64,000 nt of DNA from Macrostomum lignano (GCA_002269645.1 NIVC01001148.1:35253-99252), one strand, 5' to 3'; shown: positions 36,801 to 49,123, counted from the stretch's first letter. Notes: generated by a model not told the origin, from the sequence alone. Made by a program: numbers and translations.

Positions 36801-37789
36801 AGAAGGTTTACCACTGGTCCGGCTGCAGCGACAACATATACGACGGGGACCGGCTGGCAGCGCGGTTCATGGATGCCACCGCCCTTGGCACAACAGTTCG
36901 CCTGCGAGAAGTCAACCTGACACGTCGAGAGCGGAAGCGACGGCGTAGAAAGAAGCTGCGCATGCTGAGCCTGCTGCATAACAATGGCGCAGGAAGACTG
37001 GTGGGTAGTGCGCCTTCGTCACCAGCTCTTAGAGTAATTTATGTAATTTTGGACATCCAGAGCAAAAACAACCTAAAATATAACACGTGCGTGCAAGGAG
37101 CTAACTGACGCATGAACACATCTCGCACTACATAAACAGCATTCAATGTAGTTTGTATCGGATGGTAGATCTTGTATACAGCTGCTCGCTACTGTTGACA
37201 GATCAATAGGACTGACTCAATTTCTCCCATGATGGCCTCTATGAAAACAGGTGGTTAGATCAGGCGTGAAGACAGTCTGTCGCTGTCACGGCATCAGTGG
37301 GTCGTGCTCTCTCCGCTCTTGCTGGCGCGTGGTGCCCAGCATGCTAGAGATCTCCGCCGCGCTGCGCATGCGCTACGACTCAGCCGTGAAAGTTAGTCGC
37401 CGATGGAGAAGCCGCCGGCTTCTGCACAGGCGGACTCATCAGCCAGTGCACCCCGCTGAGCTTGTGTTCTGGCAGCGCAGCCCGTCCTACTGCAGCCGCA
37501 ATGTGTGTGAAAAGTTGCATATTTTGTCTGAACGTCAAGTTTGCAGAAACCTAGATGACTCATTCCGCCTTTAACCACGCAGATTCGTCGAGGCTCGCTT
37601 GGCACCGAGGGTCGGGAGTGCAGCCTTGAGAGCTCAGGCGGCCAGTCCTGCGGCAGCTTGTGCTGCGGCCGCGGCCACGTATCAGAGAAGGTGGTACTGC
37701 AGCACAAGTGCCACTGCAGATTTCACTGGTGCTGCGAGGTTCGCTGCCAGGTTTGCCAGACTGAGACCGTTGTTCACAAATGCCTCTAG
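33821..37789 (+). CDS. WNT: Wnt ligand, Wnt4/Wnt11 class, 395 aa. Exons 33821-33942, 35942-36255, 36708-37000, 37251-37502, 37583-37789
   Basis: Hydrophobic signal peptide, then RWNCS, TRETAFVQAV, WSGCSDNI, LHNNGAGR, CRCHGISGSC (acylation Ser), SPSYC, CCGRG and CHCRFHWCCEVRC. About 24 mature-region Cys. Phases are consistent and the total is 1188 nt. Confidence 0.93.
35560..35700 (-). mobile_element. Short RTE-related 3' fragment in Wnt intron 1
   Basis: DNA similarity to 57341-57410; encodes CLLADT, compared with CLLADA in that copy. Confidence 0.35.
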
Positions 37790-38333
37790 CCGCAAAGTGT
37801 TGCGATGGACAATGCTGACTACGCTTACTGAATTCTCCAAGGTGACGCAGAAAACCGTTCATCTAATGTATATCACTGACCATGCAGATAGCTAGTCGGA
37901 AGGCCCAATACATTTAGGAGACAAATGCACGCTTTTACAGCTGCTGGTACGCTATTGTAAAGCATGTATGCGTACCGCACACTGCAATGTCAAATGCTTG
38001 TCTACTGGCTAGACTGTGTACTACTCCCTGGCGTGTTCATGTACATTCGTACAGCACTCTGTGTCCATTTAATTTTGTAACAACTCAGATTTACTATAGG
38101 TAGATAGAGGGAAATCTGCACCACTGGTAAATCACCACAAGTCAATGAGGCACCGCGCTTAAACGCGGAAATCAAGACAACTGGTCAGACCAAAGCTAAA
38201 GGAGCGCAGGAGCAACTGCAGTCAGGAAATTAAAAATGGAAGTAAAGAAACAAGCAAAATTATAGATCCAAGCACTCAGGAACCATAGCTGTTTTGGACG
38301 CACTTCTGCGTATGAAAGATGCCACTTCTATAC

Positions 38334-38680
38334 GATTCTAGTGCAGTTCTATTGGATTCTAGTGCCATTGTTATGGGATTCTAGTGCCATTCTATTGGAT
38401 TCTAGTGCCATTGTTATGGGATTCTAGTGCCATTCTATTGGATTCTAGTGCCATTGTTATGGGATTCTAGTGCCATTGTTATGGGATTCTAGTGCCATTG
38501 TTATGGGATTCTAGTGCCATTGTTATGGGATTCTAGTGCCATTCTATTGGATTCTAGTGCCATTGTTATGGGATTCTAGTGCCATTTCTCTGGCCTTCTA
38601 GTGTCATAGCCAGGATTCTAGTGCTATTGCCATTGCTATGGGTTTCTATAGTGCCATTTTTATGGGATTTCTAGTACCAT
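38334..38680. repeat. Minisatellite with mixed 21/22-bp units (GATTCTAGTGCCATT + CTATTG or GTTATGG)
   Basis: 11 parsed units, followed by degenerate copies. Confidence 0.95.
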
Positions 38681-39299
38681 TTTTAGCATCAGTGAAGATG
38701 ATCAACAAACAAGCAAAAGTAGTTGCTATCGCCCTGTGCAGGCCGCGGAAGCTGGGACTCAGAATTGGCTGCGCCATTTTGAAGTTATCGAAAGCTACGC
38801 TCGTGGTAATATTTGAGTTTGCCTTTTTATGTTATCTCTAGTAATGTACAACTGAATGGTTTTGGATCGCTTCGGGAATTTCGACCTGAAATTCTAACCT
38901 AATAAATGGAGAACAGAACAATTTATGACTCACAAGAAAAATATGCCCAAAAATTTTCAATTTGATCATCTTACGTTTAGAAAAGAATTTTAAATATCTT
39001 AAGTATGAAAGGTCCTCGGCCTATACAATCATCTTTTTCATTTTTATAATAACAAACGAAACTCATTCAGCGCAACTACTATTATCAGAAAATTCACTTA
39101 ATCTAAATTAACACCCACATGTATGTAATTAAGAAGCCCATGAATGTCTTAAAGTTCTGATCTCACAAAATGCAATTGCCTGAAATTGCAAAACTTTAAA
39201 ACGCATAATTAAGAGCACAGGGTATATAACTTTTTATAATTATTGGAACTACGAGTATATACGGTACTGCACGCACTAATGACTAATGCCATGCAATAC

Positions 39300-39670
39300 A
39301 ATGGGCTGTAGATGCTGCAGTTGTACCTAACAGTATAGTGCACATGTACCACGTCATGTAGTCAGAGTGTAGATGCTGGAACTGATATGTTCATGTACAG
39401 TAATATAGTACACATCTTACCATGTCAATAACTCGTACATTAGACTGTATAGACACTGCAGCTGTAAGAGTGCACATATACTGTAGCACAGTTACAATAT
39501 GAATGTACACGTACCATGTCATCTGATTGCAGATGCTGCACGTACATGTACAGTACAAATGCATGTATATACATGCATCATGTCATCAGATGTAGATGCT
39601 GCAGCTGTACGTACAGTATGAAAATGTACACGTATAATGTACCATGTCATCAGACTGTGCAGGATGTGCA
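39300..39670. repeat. Degenerate tandem repeat (CATGTCATCAGATGTAGATGCTGCAG-like units)
   Basis: Recurring GTAGATGCTG, CATGTCATC and GTACAGTA motifs. Confidence 0.55.
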
Positions 39671-40130
39671 AGGAAAAGTGATTAGAAATATCAGATGTAG
39701 TTTTTCTTGAATTCACCGACTAAAACTAAACACAAGAAACGTCGGAAAACCGTTTAATACTTGTAATTTGATGACCGCTGATGCGACGGCGATAGTTTCC
39801 TGTCTTGTAGTGGAATTTTGAACTATTTGAGAACTTGAAAATCAGCTGCGCTTTTAGCCTGGAATGCTCATCGGCACCCATTCTTAGAATGCTTAGATCT
39901 TAATGTTAAACTGGATCTACTCGTATTCGAAATAACGTTAAAATCAAAACAAAAACATTTTCTTTGATCCAAATCGATATTTGGTTCTACACTTCACTAC
40001 GTTTATTTCAACGTCAAACATTTTCCTTAGCAATGCCCCGCTGCTAAACATCAACACCGCAGTCTTGCTCCAGAGCAAGCGTATCAGACAACAAGCATCA
40101 CTCAAGCCCGCCGAGTCAATCAATCAATCA

Positions 40131-40576
40131 TCAATAAGTCTTGTTGCGGAAGGAGCAGCCCTCGGTTAGGCGGGCCTTTCCGCCGGTGGGCTGGCACAGC
40201 ACGGTGCTGCAGCCGGCGCAGACAACGACAGTCTGGGCGTGGGAGAACACGGTGGTGATCTTCAGACAGCCTGCAGTGAGTGAGACAAGCGTTGGCCGTT
40301 GAATAAGCAAATTTCTATAAGCTAAAATTATAAGTGTACATTCTCTTCGTACTATTAGCACTTTATCAAACCGTCTGGTAGGCATGTCGTTGAATATACA
40401 GTACACACTAGTAATACTGTAAGACAACGAGGTTCAAATAAAATTGCTAAGCGAGTCTCACCTGGACACTTTACGTCCATAAAGCACGAGTTGGGCGACT
40501 GAACCAAGCGCTTCTTTTTGTGCTTTCTTTTCTCCTGGGTGAGCGATGGGTGCAGAAGGTCCTTGGCGAGCGGCAT
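40131..40576 (-). CDS. RPS27: 40S ribosomal protein S27, 84 aa. Exons 40576-40462 and 40270-40131
   Basis: [34 protein letters not shown]|[40 protein letters not shown]. Phase-1 GT-AG intron of 191 nt. Confidence 0.97.
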
Positions 40577-40856
40577 CTTATCGGGGCTGCGAGCTGTAAA
40601 AACGGACATTGAGCGTGAAATTTTCAACATTTTAAATATTGTTATAGGTTACCTATACTACTTAACATATGGTTAAAACACCACATTCTACTACTCACTA
40701 AGTAGCTTCATCTTTTGTATATTCGACTAATTTTCTCAGCGAATTTTCTGTAAATAATTAATGACCTGCTGTACTAAAAGCAAAAACTTATTTAAGTTGC
40801 TAGATGAAGTTTACTTAGTGCCGGTTCGACGCAGAGAATTTCTTAAAGCCTAAAAG

Positions 40857-41925
40857 ACGGTCTCTGACTGTTTTTACCCTGGTTGCCTCTCTGGTAGCTT
40901 GTCTAAGGGTTGTGCGCAATCCGATTGGCTTTGCCAATTTCTAAGGGTCCGCCCCGGAGGGGCTGTGCCCATCTAAAAATAAACCCTATTTTTTTAATGT
41001 AATTCCAATTATTTGGCCCTCGGCCTTGGGTTAGGGGTGGTGTACCTGGAGTGAGTTGGAGATCTGGACTGCAGTGTGGCTAGAACGGGGCTTGAGCCCC
41101 CCGGTCGCACCCGCCCTGCAGGAAAGACGACCATTCACTAAAGTGTACGGTAGAGCCCAGTTGATGCCAGCCCTGAGGCTGAGCCCCGGGTTAGGGTTCA
41201 GGTGCTCCTCCCCCAATTAAATTCCGGTGGTCGCTTTCCAATCTTGGACTTATGAGCTCTGCCCTACCTGCCCGGTCCATCCTGCTCTGTCCTTGGTCCA
41301 TCTGCTGGCTCCTCTGGTTGTCTCCCTGCTTTAGTGTCTTGGCTCTCATCTCTGACAGTGGATTGGAGTCCTGGGTAGGAAGTTCATCCCGAATCGGGGA
41401 AAACCGGCTGAGTCCGGTTTCCTCTTGCTTCTTGTGCCCCTCCCCCCCCCTTGGCCTGGCCCCCAATAATGAGCTGGATAGGCGATGCCCTTGGGTTGGC
41501 AGCAATAGAGGTGTAGCTATATCCGCCTGGAGTCTCCCCCTCGGAAACAAGCCTTCCAGACTCACTCCAATAGTTAGCCCTTTCCAAGACTTCTGGGTTT
41601 CCCGCTCTTGGACGGCTTTTCAGTAATAATCCAATTCTGTTTTTCGCGCACTCCCGAGGACCTGTCTGCTGGGGGGTAGCCTGGGTGGACTCGGTCCTAG
41701 CACCGTCCCTGATTCCACTGTTGGGTTGGCGGTGTCTTGTACCGTAGGCTTGAAGTCCCTCGCTCTTTCCCTAGCTTAAGCTGGGGCCCAATTCCATGTC
41801 TCGGGGTATCTCGGGCCCTGTACTACTAATGTCTGGGCCCCTGGTAGTGCCCCTCTGCGGCAGAGCCCCCCCAAGGGCTGATCCGCGGGTAGCCAAGCTT
41901 CCCACCCCCGTTTAACAACAACAAC
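40857..41925 (+). mobile_element. 1069-bp GC-rich non-LTR retroposon-like insertion with a 12-bp TSD and an (AAC)4 tail
   Basis: AAAGCCTAAAAG at 40845-40856 and 41926-41937. The (AAC)4 tail lies directly before the right copy. No RT motifs were recognised. Confidence 0.7.
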
Positions 41926-42483
41926 AAAGCCTAAAAGTAATGTGAAAATGGAATTCAATATTCATTGAAATGAAAACTAGACAAGATGGAAACTTTTCTG
42001 TACTTATTTATTGGCACACTCAAAGACAGCATCACATTATTTTCTCCCACAGTGCTCGCAATCGACTGAAACAAAGGATAGCAGTGCAGGAACAGGAGCA
42101 AATGAGGCAAGTTTGAATCGGATAAACGAGACAAGAGCTCGTGTGATTAACAGTGCAAAACGATTTGCAGCATTTGTTAGAGAAACTAATTTAAATATTA
42201 AAGAGTAATAATAAAGCACTTAAAATGTATAACTCGTAGTACAGTAATCGATTTAGCCACTATAAAAACGAGTTATTGAGAATTTCGCAATCAAATCTAA
42301 ATATATAAATAAGTATACCTAATATTAAGTATTCAAATATTTCTAATGAACAGAGCTTGTACCGTGTTAGTGTTGCGCATACTGACGGCAATGGGTGCGG
42401 CGGAACGTGGCTTTGAACATTCACTGCACTGGAGTAGGCTACATTAATCGCATACATAGTCATAGCCTTCAACAAGCCCTAAA

Positions 42484-42765
42484 CTAATGCTCATGGAGAC
42501 TTGGGAAACCTTACTGCCTGCATTCCTCACAGAATCGCTGGTCCAAGCTAGTGCTCATGGAGACTTGGGAAACCTTACTGCCTGCATTCCTCACAGAATC
42601 GCTGGTCCAAGCTAGTGCTCATGGAGACTTGGGAAACCTTACTGCCTGCATTCCTCACAGAATCGCTGGTCCAAGCTAGTGCTCATGGAGACTTGGGAAA
42701 CCTTACTGCCTGCATTCCTCACAGAATCGCTGGTCCAAGCTAGTGCTCATGGAGACTTGGGAAAC
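42484..42765. repeat. 64-bp tandem repeat, about 4.4 near-perfect copies
   Basis: TCATGGAGAC recurs at 42491, 42555, 42619, 42683 and 42747. Confidence 0.97.
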
Positions 42766-43315
42766 TGGCTCTCACCATGATTACAGCAATCAAAGCATAG
42801 ACGGTCGCCACAACCAGCGAAAGCATTTAACAGTGTCTGCAGATGCACAGCTCATTATCCCAAAAGTTCAGGGGCATAGCTACTCTCGTTGAGCCTCTAA
42901 CAATTAAAGCATAATTGCAGTTTGTCTTCAATAAGCATATATAAATGTCTTACAAGGTTCAAACGAAACGAGCGCATGTAAGATTAAACAAAATTACGTA
43001 TTATAAAACTGAGCTAGCTAATGATAGGAAAAGGTCAAGATTTAATAGGAAGGCATACGAGCATAAACGTACAAGCAAAGAACGCGTCAGTAAGAAGTAA
43101 TGTATTAAGAAAATTCCACCAATTTTACTAGTTTTATGCTAATTGTACTCTGAATACAAGCAAGATTTGCTAAACTGTATTACGTGCTATCTTTAAGCAA
43201 ATAAGCAATAAAAAGTCAAATAAAACGGGAATTTATATTACGGAAAATACGGGGGAATTAACACCCGCAGGAGAGGCTCTTAAAGTAAACCCAACACTAC
43301 GCAGAGCGGGAGTGC

Positions 43316-44504
43316 TCAAACGGAGGAGCTTGATGACGAAGGATTGGCGCCCAGCTTGGCAATATGCCTCTGCCTGTGCTCGCGCAGCTTGCACGCAGAT
43401 ACGAAGCCTTTGTCACAGAAGTCGCATCTAAACGGTCGTTCAGTTGAATGCGCCCGTAGAGCGTGCATACGCCTAGCGGATCCAGTGCGGAAGTACTGGT
43501 CGCATTGATCGCATTTGAACTCCTTCGTGTTGGTGTGGATTTTCTTGTGCGTCTGCAGGTGGCCGATTTGGCCAAAGCGCTTGGAGCATACGGTGCACTG
43601 ATACGGCTTCTCTCCGGTGTGCGTCAGCTTGTGCTTCTTTAAGGTGGTGGACTCCGAGAATCGTTTGTTACAAACCGGGCACTCGTGCGGCCTTTCACCA
43701 CTATGCACCCGCATATGACCCGTGAGAGCATTGGTATCGTTGAATCGCTTTGAACAGATCGGACATGCATGCGGCCGTAGCTTGAGATGCACTCGCTGGA
43801 TGTGCTTGCGCAAGCAGGAGTTAGTGTTGAATCTGAAATATGGAGGACAGTTGCACTTGTCACTTTGAGCGCGACTATTCGTCTCGGAAGACTCGTCTAG
43901 GCATATTGGGTCATTTTAATAACTAACCCATTCGAAAAAGCCAACAATTAGAAGCACAAGATTGGTTGAGTCAATTTTAAGGACAATCTACTGATCTAAG
44001 AGTAATTTATATAAATCCAGCTACTCACTTGGCATCACAGCCAGACACATCGCATTGGATTAGTCCCTCCTTGAGGTGGCGGATCTGCTGGTGATGCCGC
44101 AAGCTGCGGGCAGTTGCAAAGTAGCGGTCGCATTCCTCGCAATGGTGCTGGCTTCCATGCTCCTCCTTCGTACTCACATCGCGATGCTCATTGAGCATGT
44201 GCAAATTCAACTGCGACATGGCATTTAACACCAGTCCACAGAACACACAGACAATGGTCTCTTTTTCCACATGCACTTTTTCGTGGCACTTGAGAGAAGA
44301 GGCAGTGCTGAAGCGCAGGTTACAGGTTGCGCAGGCGTGCATTCGTGAGGCGCACAACATCATCTCCTGGGATTCGTCAGAGTGAATTAGAGATATCACA
44401 GCTGGGCCTGCAGGCTCCAGAGGCTCGTGTTTAATCAATCCAGGCTCATTCTCAGAAGCTTCTGGCAGAGTGCCAGCAAGCTGTTTTTGTCCAGATTCTG
44501 CAGC
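43316..44504 (-). CDS. C2H2 zinc-finger protein with 9 fingers. Exons 44504-44029 and 43832-43316; start codon not found
   Basis: Nine CxxC...HxxxH fingers with SGERP/TGEKP/STERP linkers. Finger 4 (CDVSGCDAK|FNTNSCLRKHIQRVH) is split by a phase-2 intron. Confidence 0.88.
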
Positions 44505-46037
44505 CTGGGTAAGTAAGACAAGCAAAAGACTTTTTCAAAAATTGCTAGCACAGATTTGCAGAGAACAGGTCTCATATAACATGCGAAATGAATGAGGAAG
44601 AAGACAGTATGATATTTAACATTAAACTATAAACTACTTTTATTTCCAAAACAAAAATCTAAACATTTGTTTTTTTATCTACAATTTATTTTTATCTAAA
44701 TACTAATATGAAGAAATAATGCATGTCATTTAATTTTACTTTAATGCATTCCTTTAGGCTTTAAAATTACTATATAAGAAAAAATGGATTTCTTTAATCA
44801 GTAAATTGTCTTTTATCATATACAATGGCAGAAAAATGAAAAGTGTGAAAGCAAAAAGGAAAATTTCAATAGTTCTAAGCTTATAAAAAAGCCATGATAA
44901 TAAGAAATTGTTTGATAATTTAAAAATAATTCTTACTATAAAGAGAATTAATTTAGTCTTCAAAAATCATTAAAAAAACTATTGGCCAGAAAACATATTT
45001 TTGTCTATTTTTGATAAGCAGATAATTTTTCTACATATAAAACATTATTGGATTTATTAGCCCTTTTGGCAAAGACTGTGAAGTGCAGTTTTTAAATTTA
45101 AGCTCTTGTAATACGCTTCATTTTAATAGACTTTCTTATAAATGTAAAAATTTAAAACTCTATTGTTTGTTATACTATACAAATATTAGAAAAATTTTGT
45201 ATATTTTGTATATTTTATATTTGTTTTTTTTGTTTAAAATAGTAAGGAGAAATTTTACTATAAATAGGGGCCATCTGAGAGCCTAGTCAAATAAATCATC
45301 CTCATTTTCATGTTTAATTGAACAATAACTGTTCTTATAATCATAGATTGCAAAGCATCTCTCCAGTTATTATATTTGGAAAAGAAAGTCAACCAGCCTC
45401 AGGGCTTGTATTTGCTCTCATGTTACTTATTTTGAGTAGTAGATAGTGACTTAGGAATAGCCCCAAGATTGGGAGAATTCAATCTGTTCTTAGAGAATGA
45501 GACATCAAGATTTAAAATCTGAGAAATCACCCTTAGAAGGCAGAAATCCTACCATAGGGTAGAATAGTCAAGACTCAGAGTCTGAGTACAGTACAGTAGT
45601 ACAGAAGTACAGTATATATACATATGCTACCAGTAGATTTTTACATGCGCTACCAGTAGTTATATGCTACTAGAAGTACAAATATCTGTAAAAGTACAAG
45701 AATTATAGGGACTATTAGAACAACTTTGGTGTCAGCAGTGGAATAAATTAGATAAAAGAGAAATCAGTACTGTTACAAATTTGGCAGCAGCTTTAGGAAA
45801 TTTACAGGGTAGGAATTTGAAGAAGTAGCCCTACCATAGCTGGTGGCATCATTATGATTATTATAGAGAAAGCCCTACTAGACTCTAATGTGGCATAGAA
45901 AATCTAGCTCACCACACTGGCACAGAAAATTTAAGCACAGATAGTGGCTAAACAGAGTAGAAAACAAAAATATATTGGCAATTCAATTTGACATATTAGC
46001 ACAAAAAACAGGTGATAATGATAATGCTAGTGTTCTG

Positions 46038-46631
46038 CTGTAGCCATAGCTATGGCTACGGGATCCTACAGAAAATACAGTAAAATAGGTGCCTATGGTA
46101 GCTACGGATACGCCTACGGTAGCTAGCTGCTCTTACGGCTACGACTATGGAAATATGGTAGTTGCTGTCACTTTCCGTAGATTCCCGTAGCCATAGTTAT
46201 TAATGTTAAAAATTGAAAAAAATATTAGAAACATGTAGAGTAAAACAAAGATACTTTTAGTAAACTGTATTATCAACCTAGAAACTTATAAAATATACAA
46301 TAAAACACTAGCAAACTCTAATTTTTATTAATGTGTAAAATTTTTAGCATTAGTACTTTCAATAACGATTAAGCATTGTTGCTCTGAAAAAAGACAAAAT
46401 ATAATCTTAAAGACAATTAAGTGTTTCTTTTATTTTCTAATTTAATTTGCAGTTGTTTAAGCACTAGGTTATCTTCTTTATTCAAATATTTTGTTTTTTA
46501 GACTTTTTGTTAAAACTATGGCTATGGGAACTACGGGAATATGGTAATTTCGGGGTCCCTATGGCTACGGATTATGGAGAATTGGAGTAAGCCGTAGTTT
46601 TGCTTAGTCTTGCTTATGGCTATGGCTACGG
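46038..46631. repeat. Degenerate foldback-like element built from CTATGGCTACGG motifs
   Basis: 20-bp perfect palindrome at 46040-46059. Inverted TCCCGTAGCCATAGTT / AACTATGGCTATGGGA. The ends GTAGCCATAGC / GCTATGGCTAC are inverted. No TSD was found. Confidence 0.5.
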
Positions 46632-46932
46632 TACATGGACCCTCCTTATGACAGAACACTAGAAATAAGTAAGAAAAAAGGAGAGATAAAAAAGAAAAGA
46701 AATAAAAGTCCATAAAGCATTTAAGTTGATAGACATTGATTGTTATAAATATTTATTGCAATTTATAGAGGGCCTATAGAATATTATTTATATATAATCA
46801 TAGATATATTGCTATAGCTTGTAATAATAATAGCTAGCAATGTCAGTGAAAGTCCTAAAGCAATGTTAATAATATTTTGCTATATATTATTGGCTAATAG
46901 GCCTAGGCCTAGCATATAGCCTATAGGCTATA

Positions 46933-47536
46933 GGTGCTGGTAGACTCGTCAACTGCTGTCAACTGTAGTATATTCGTCAACTAGTAAATTTGTCAACAGG
47001 TAAAATTTGTCAACTGCATGTTGTTTGATTCATGATTTGTAATACATTTGTGATTACATGATTTGCTAAACAAGTATTCAATTAAGTAAGCTCCAATTTG
47101 TGCCAATGATCTGAGCACCCACAAAGTCCACTATTAAAAAGTGCAGATTTAAGTTTTTATACTCGAATATATTCAATTTCAATTTTTTATTATTGAAATT
47201 TTGATTTTTGATTAATTAGGTTTTGTACATCATACATTTCACAAAGGTGAATCAAAAAAGCATTTAAAAACCCAGCAAAAAAGCACAGCATTTCCATAAG
47301 AAAAATTTAGGTTAACAAGTCTATAATTTAAAATTTAATTTTAATTTAATTTATTTAAAATATTTAATTTACAGTGGCTTTCACTCAATTTCAATGGCAT
47401 ACTAGTTTTAAGAATTACGTTGCTATACTTTTTTATACTAAATTTAAGTTGACAAATTTACCTGGGCTTACCTAGAAATATAGTAAACTCGTCAACGCAG
47501 TTGACGAATAAAAAGTTGACAAGTATACCCGGATCC
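46933..47536. mobile_element. 604-bp Mutator/Foldback-type MITE with a 10-bp TSD
   Basis: ATAGGCTATA at 46923-46932 and 47537-47546. TIR GG..C.GGTA.ACT.GTCAAC, with tandem GTCAACT subrepeats. Confidence 0.72.
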
Positions 47537-48789
47537 ATAGGCTATAGGCCTATTGTAATGCAAGTATATAAAGTGATAGGCCTAGAAATTTATAGAAATT
47601 TATTACTATAACATTATGAGGAAGGCCCTTCTCATTTTATGTAAAAAATTAAATTGCTAGTACGCATTTTAAACTCGTGCTAAAACTAAGAATGACATTT
47701 AGTTTTATTATTCATGTTTTCCAAAATATTTTCACAATTTATTTTTTGTTAAAACTAGACCTAAAAATTGGTATAAATAGAAGCGAATTTTGCTGAGAGA
47801 AGAGCAACCTGTTTGGTCTTGTTTCACAATTTGTTTTTGCAGTTTAAACAGTAATATAGTTAAGAAGTGTTTCAAGTAAATATTGAAAGATGTTTTCCGA
47901 GTTTTTTATTTGTTGAAATAAGAGTGAAGCCATATTGGAATAAGTTGACAAAACGCAGACTACCGTCCGTCGCATTTTTGGATTCTCCTGGTGTCGCGTC
48001 GCGCAACAGTGGTCTCAAGTGGTGTGTAGCGTCGCGCGACACTGTGGAAACCTGGTGTCGTCATGCGTCATGTCGCGCGACACGACACGAGACGCAAAAG
48101 TGTGGCAACTTGGCAGCTGGTGTCGTCATGTGTCGCGTTGCGGCCTAGATCTGTAGCCAAAACCTCGCAAACTGTGTTTCATTGTAATAATATGTTCACG
48201 GTTGTTTCTCGGTATTTAAATGTTTCAAACATGTTTGATAAAAACTAATTCTTGAATTGTTCTTTTTTATTTTGACAGTAAAATAACTAATACTTCAAAT
48301 ATAATTTTTAGAAATGTTACTTGTTAGTTACAATGCATGCGCTGTTTTTCTAACTGTTGTACCTTTGTTGTTTTACTGTTTATTGTTTTTAAATTTCATT
48401 TCTTTTTCCACGAAATTGAAAGGAATACTCTCGTCCCTTGCTCCATGGTCTTGGTGTCGGGAGTGAACAGCAGAACGAGAATTGTCAATTGCAACGTGGC
48501 TGCTGTGGCGTCCTTCCCCCCCCCCTCCCTAGTCATTCGGTCAACAGACATTGGTGTTGTGTTGCGCGTTGCCGCCCCCCCCCCCCCCAGTCAATAAAAT
48601 TTGGTGTTGCGTTGCACTTTTGAGGGCACAATTTTGGCACCTGTGTCGCGCGTCCGCGGGTTTTTGAAACTTATTCCAATAGGGGAGTGAAGTAGACAGA
48701 AGTGTGTACCATATAGACTACTGAGAAGGAAAATATTGAGTAGTAAGAGAATTACGAAGTAGATCTGAAGTGATACATATAAAAATAAC

Positions 48790-49123
48790 GGGTCTACGAC
48801 AATTGACTGCCACAATTTGACTGCGGTCAATTTGACTGTGGACAATTTGACTGCCGAGCAATTTGACTGCCGACAAAATGACTGCGAACAAAATGACTGC
48901 GGACAAAATGACTGCCGACAATTTGACTGCCGACAAAATGACTGCTGACAAAATGACTGCCAACAAAATGACTGCCAACAAAATGACTGCGGAAATTTGA
49001 CTGCCAACAATATGACTGCGGCAATTTGACTGCCAGCAAAATGACTACTGACAATATAGAAAACAAGAGGCCACTCCTCCTCCTCTCTCCCCCAGTCCCT
49101 CAATGTTCGCCTCTCTCTCTCTA

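Noticed and set aside
40271-40461. snoRNA in the RPS27 intron
   Set aside because: There is no C/D box pair, and the H/ACA-like motifs lack visible supporting hairpins.
47960-48145. CpG-rich TGTCGCGCGACA palindromic patch
   Set aside because: It is probably a MITE remnant, but I could not define ends or a TSD.
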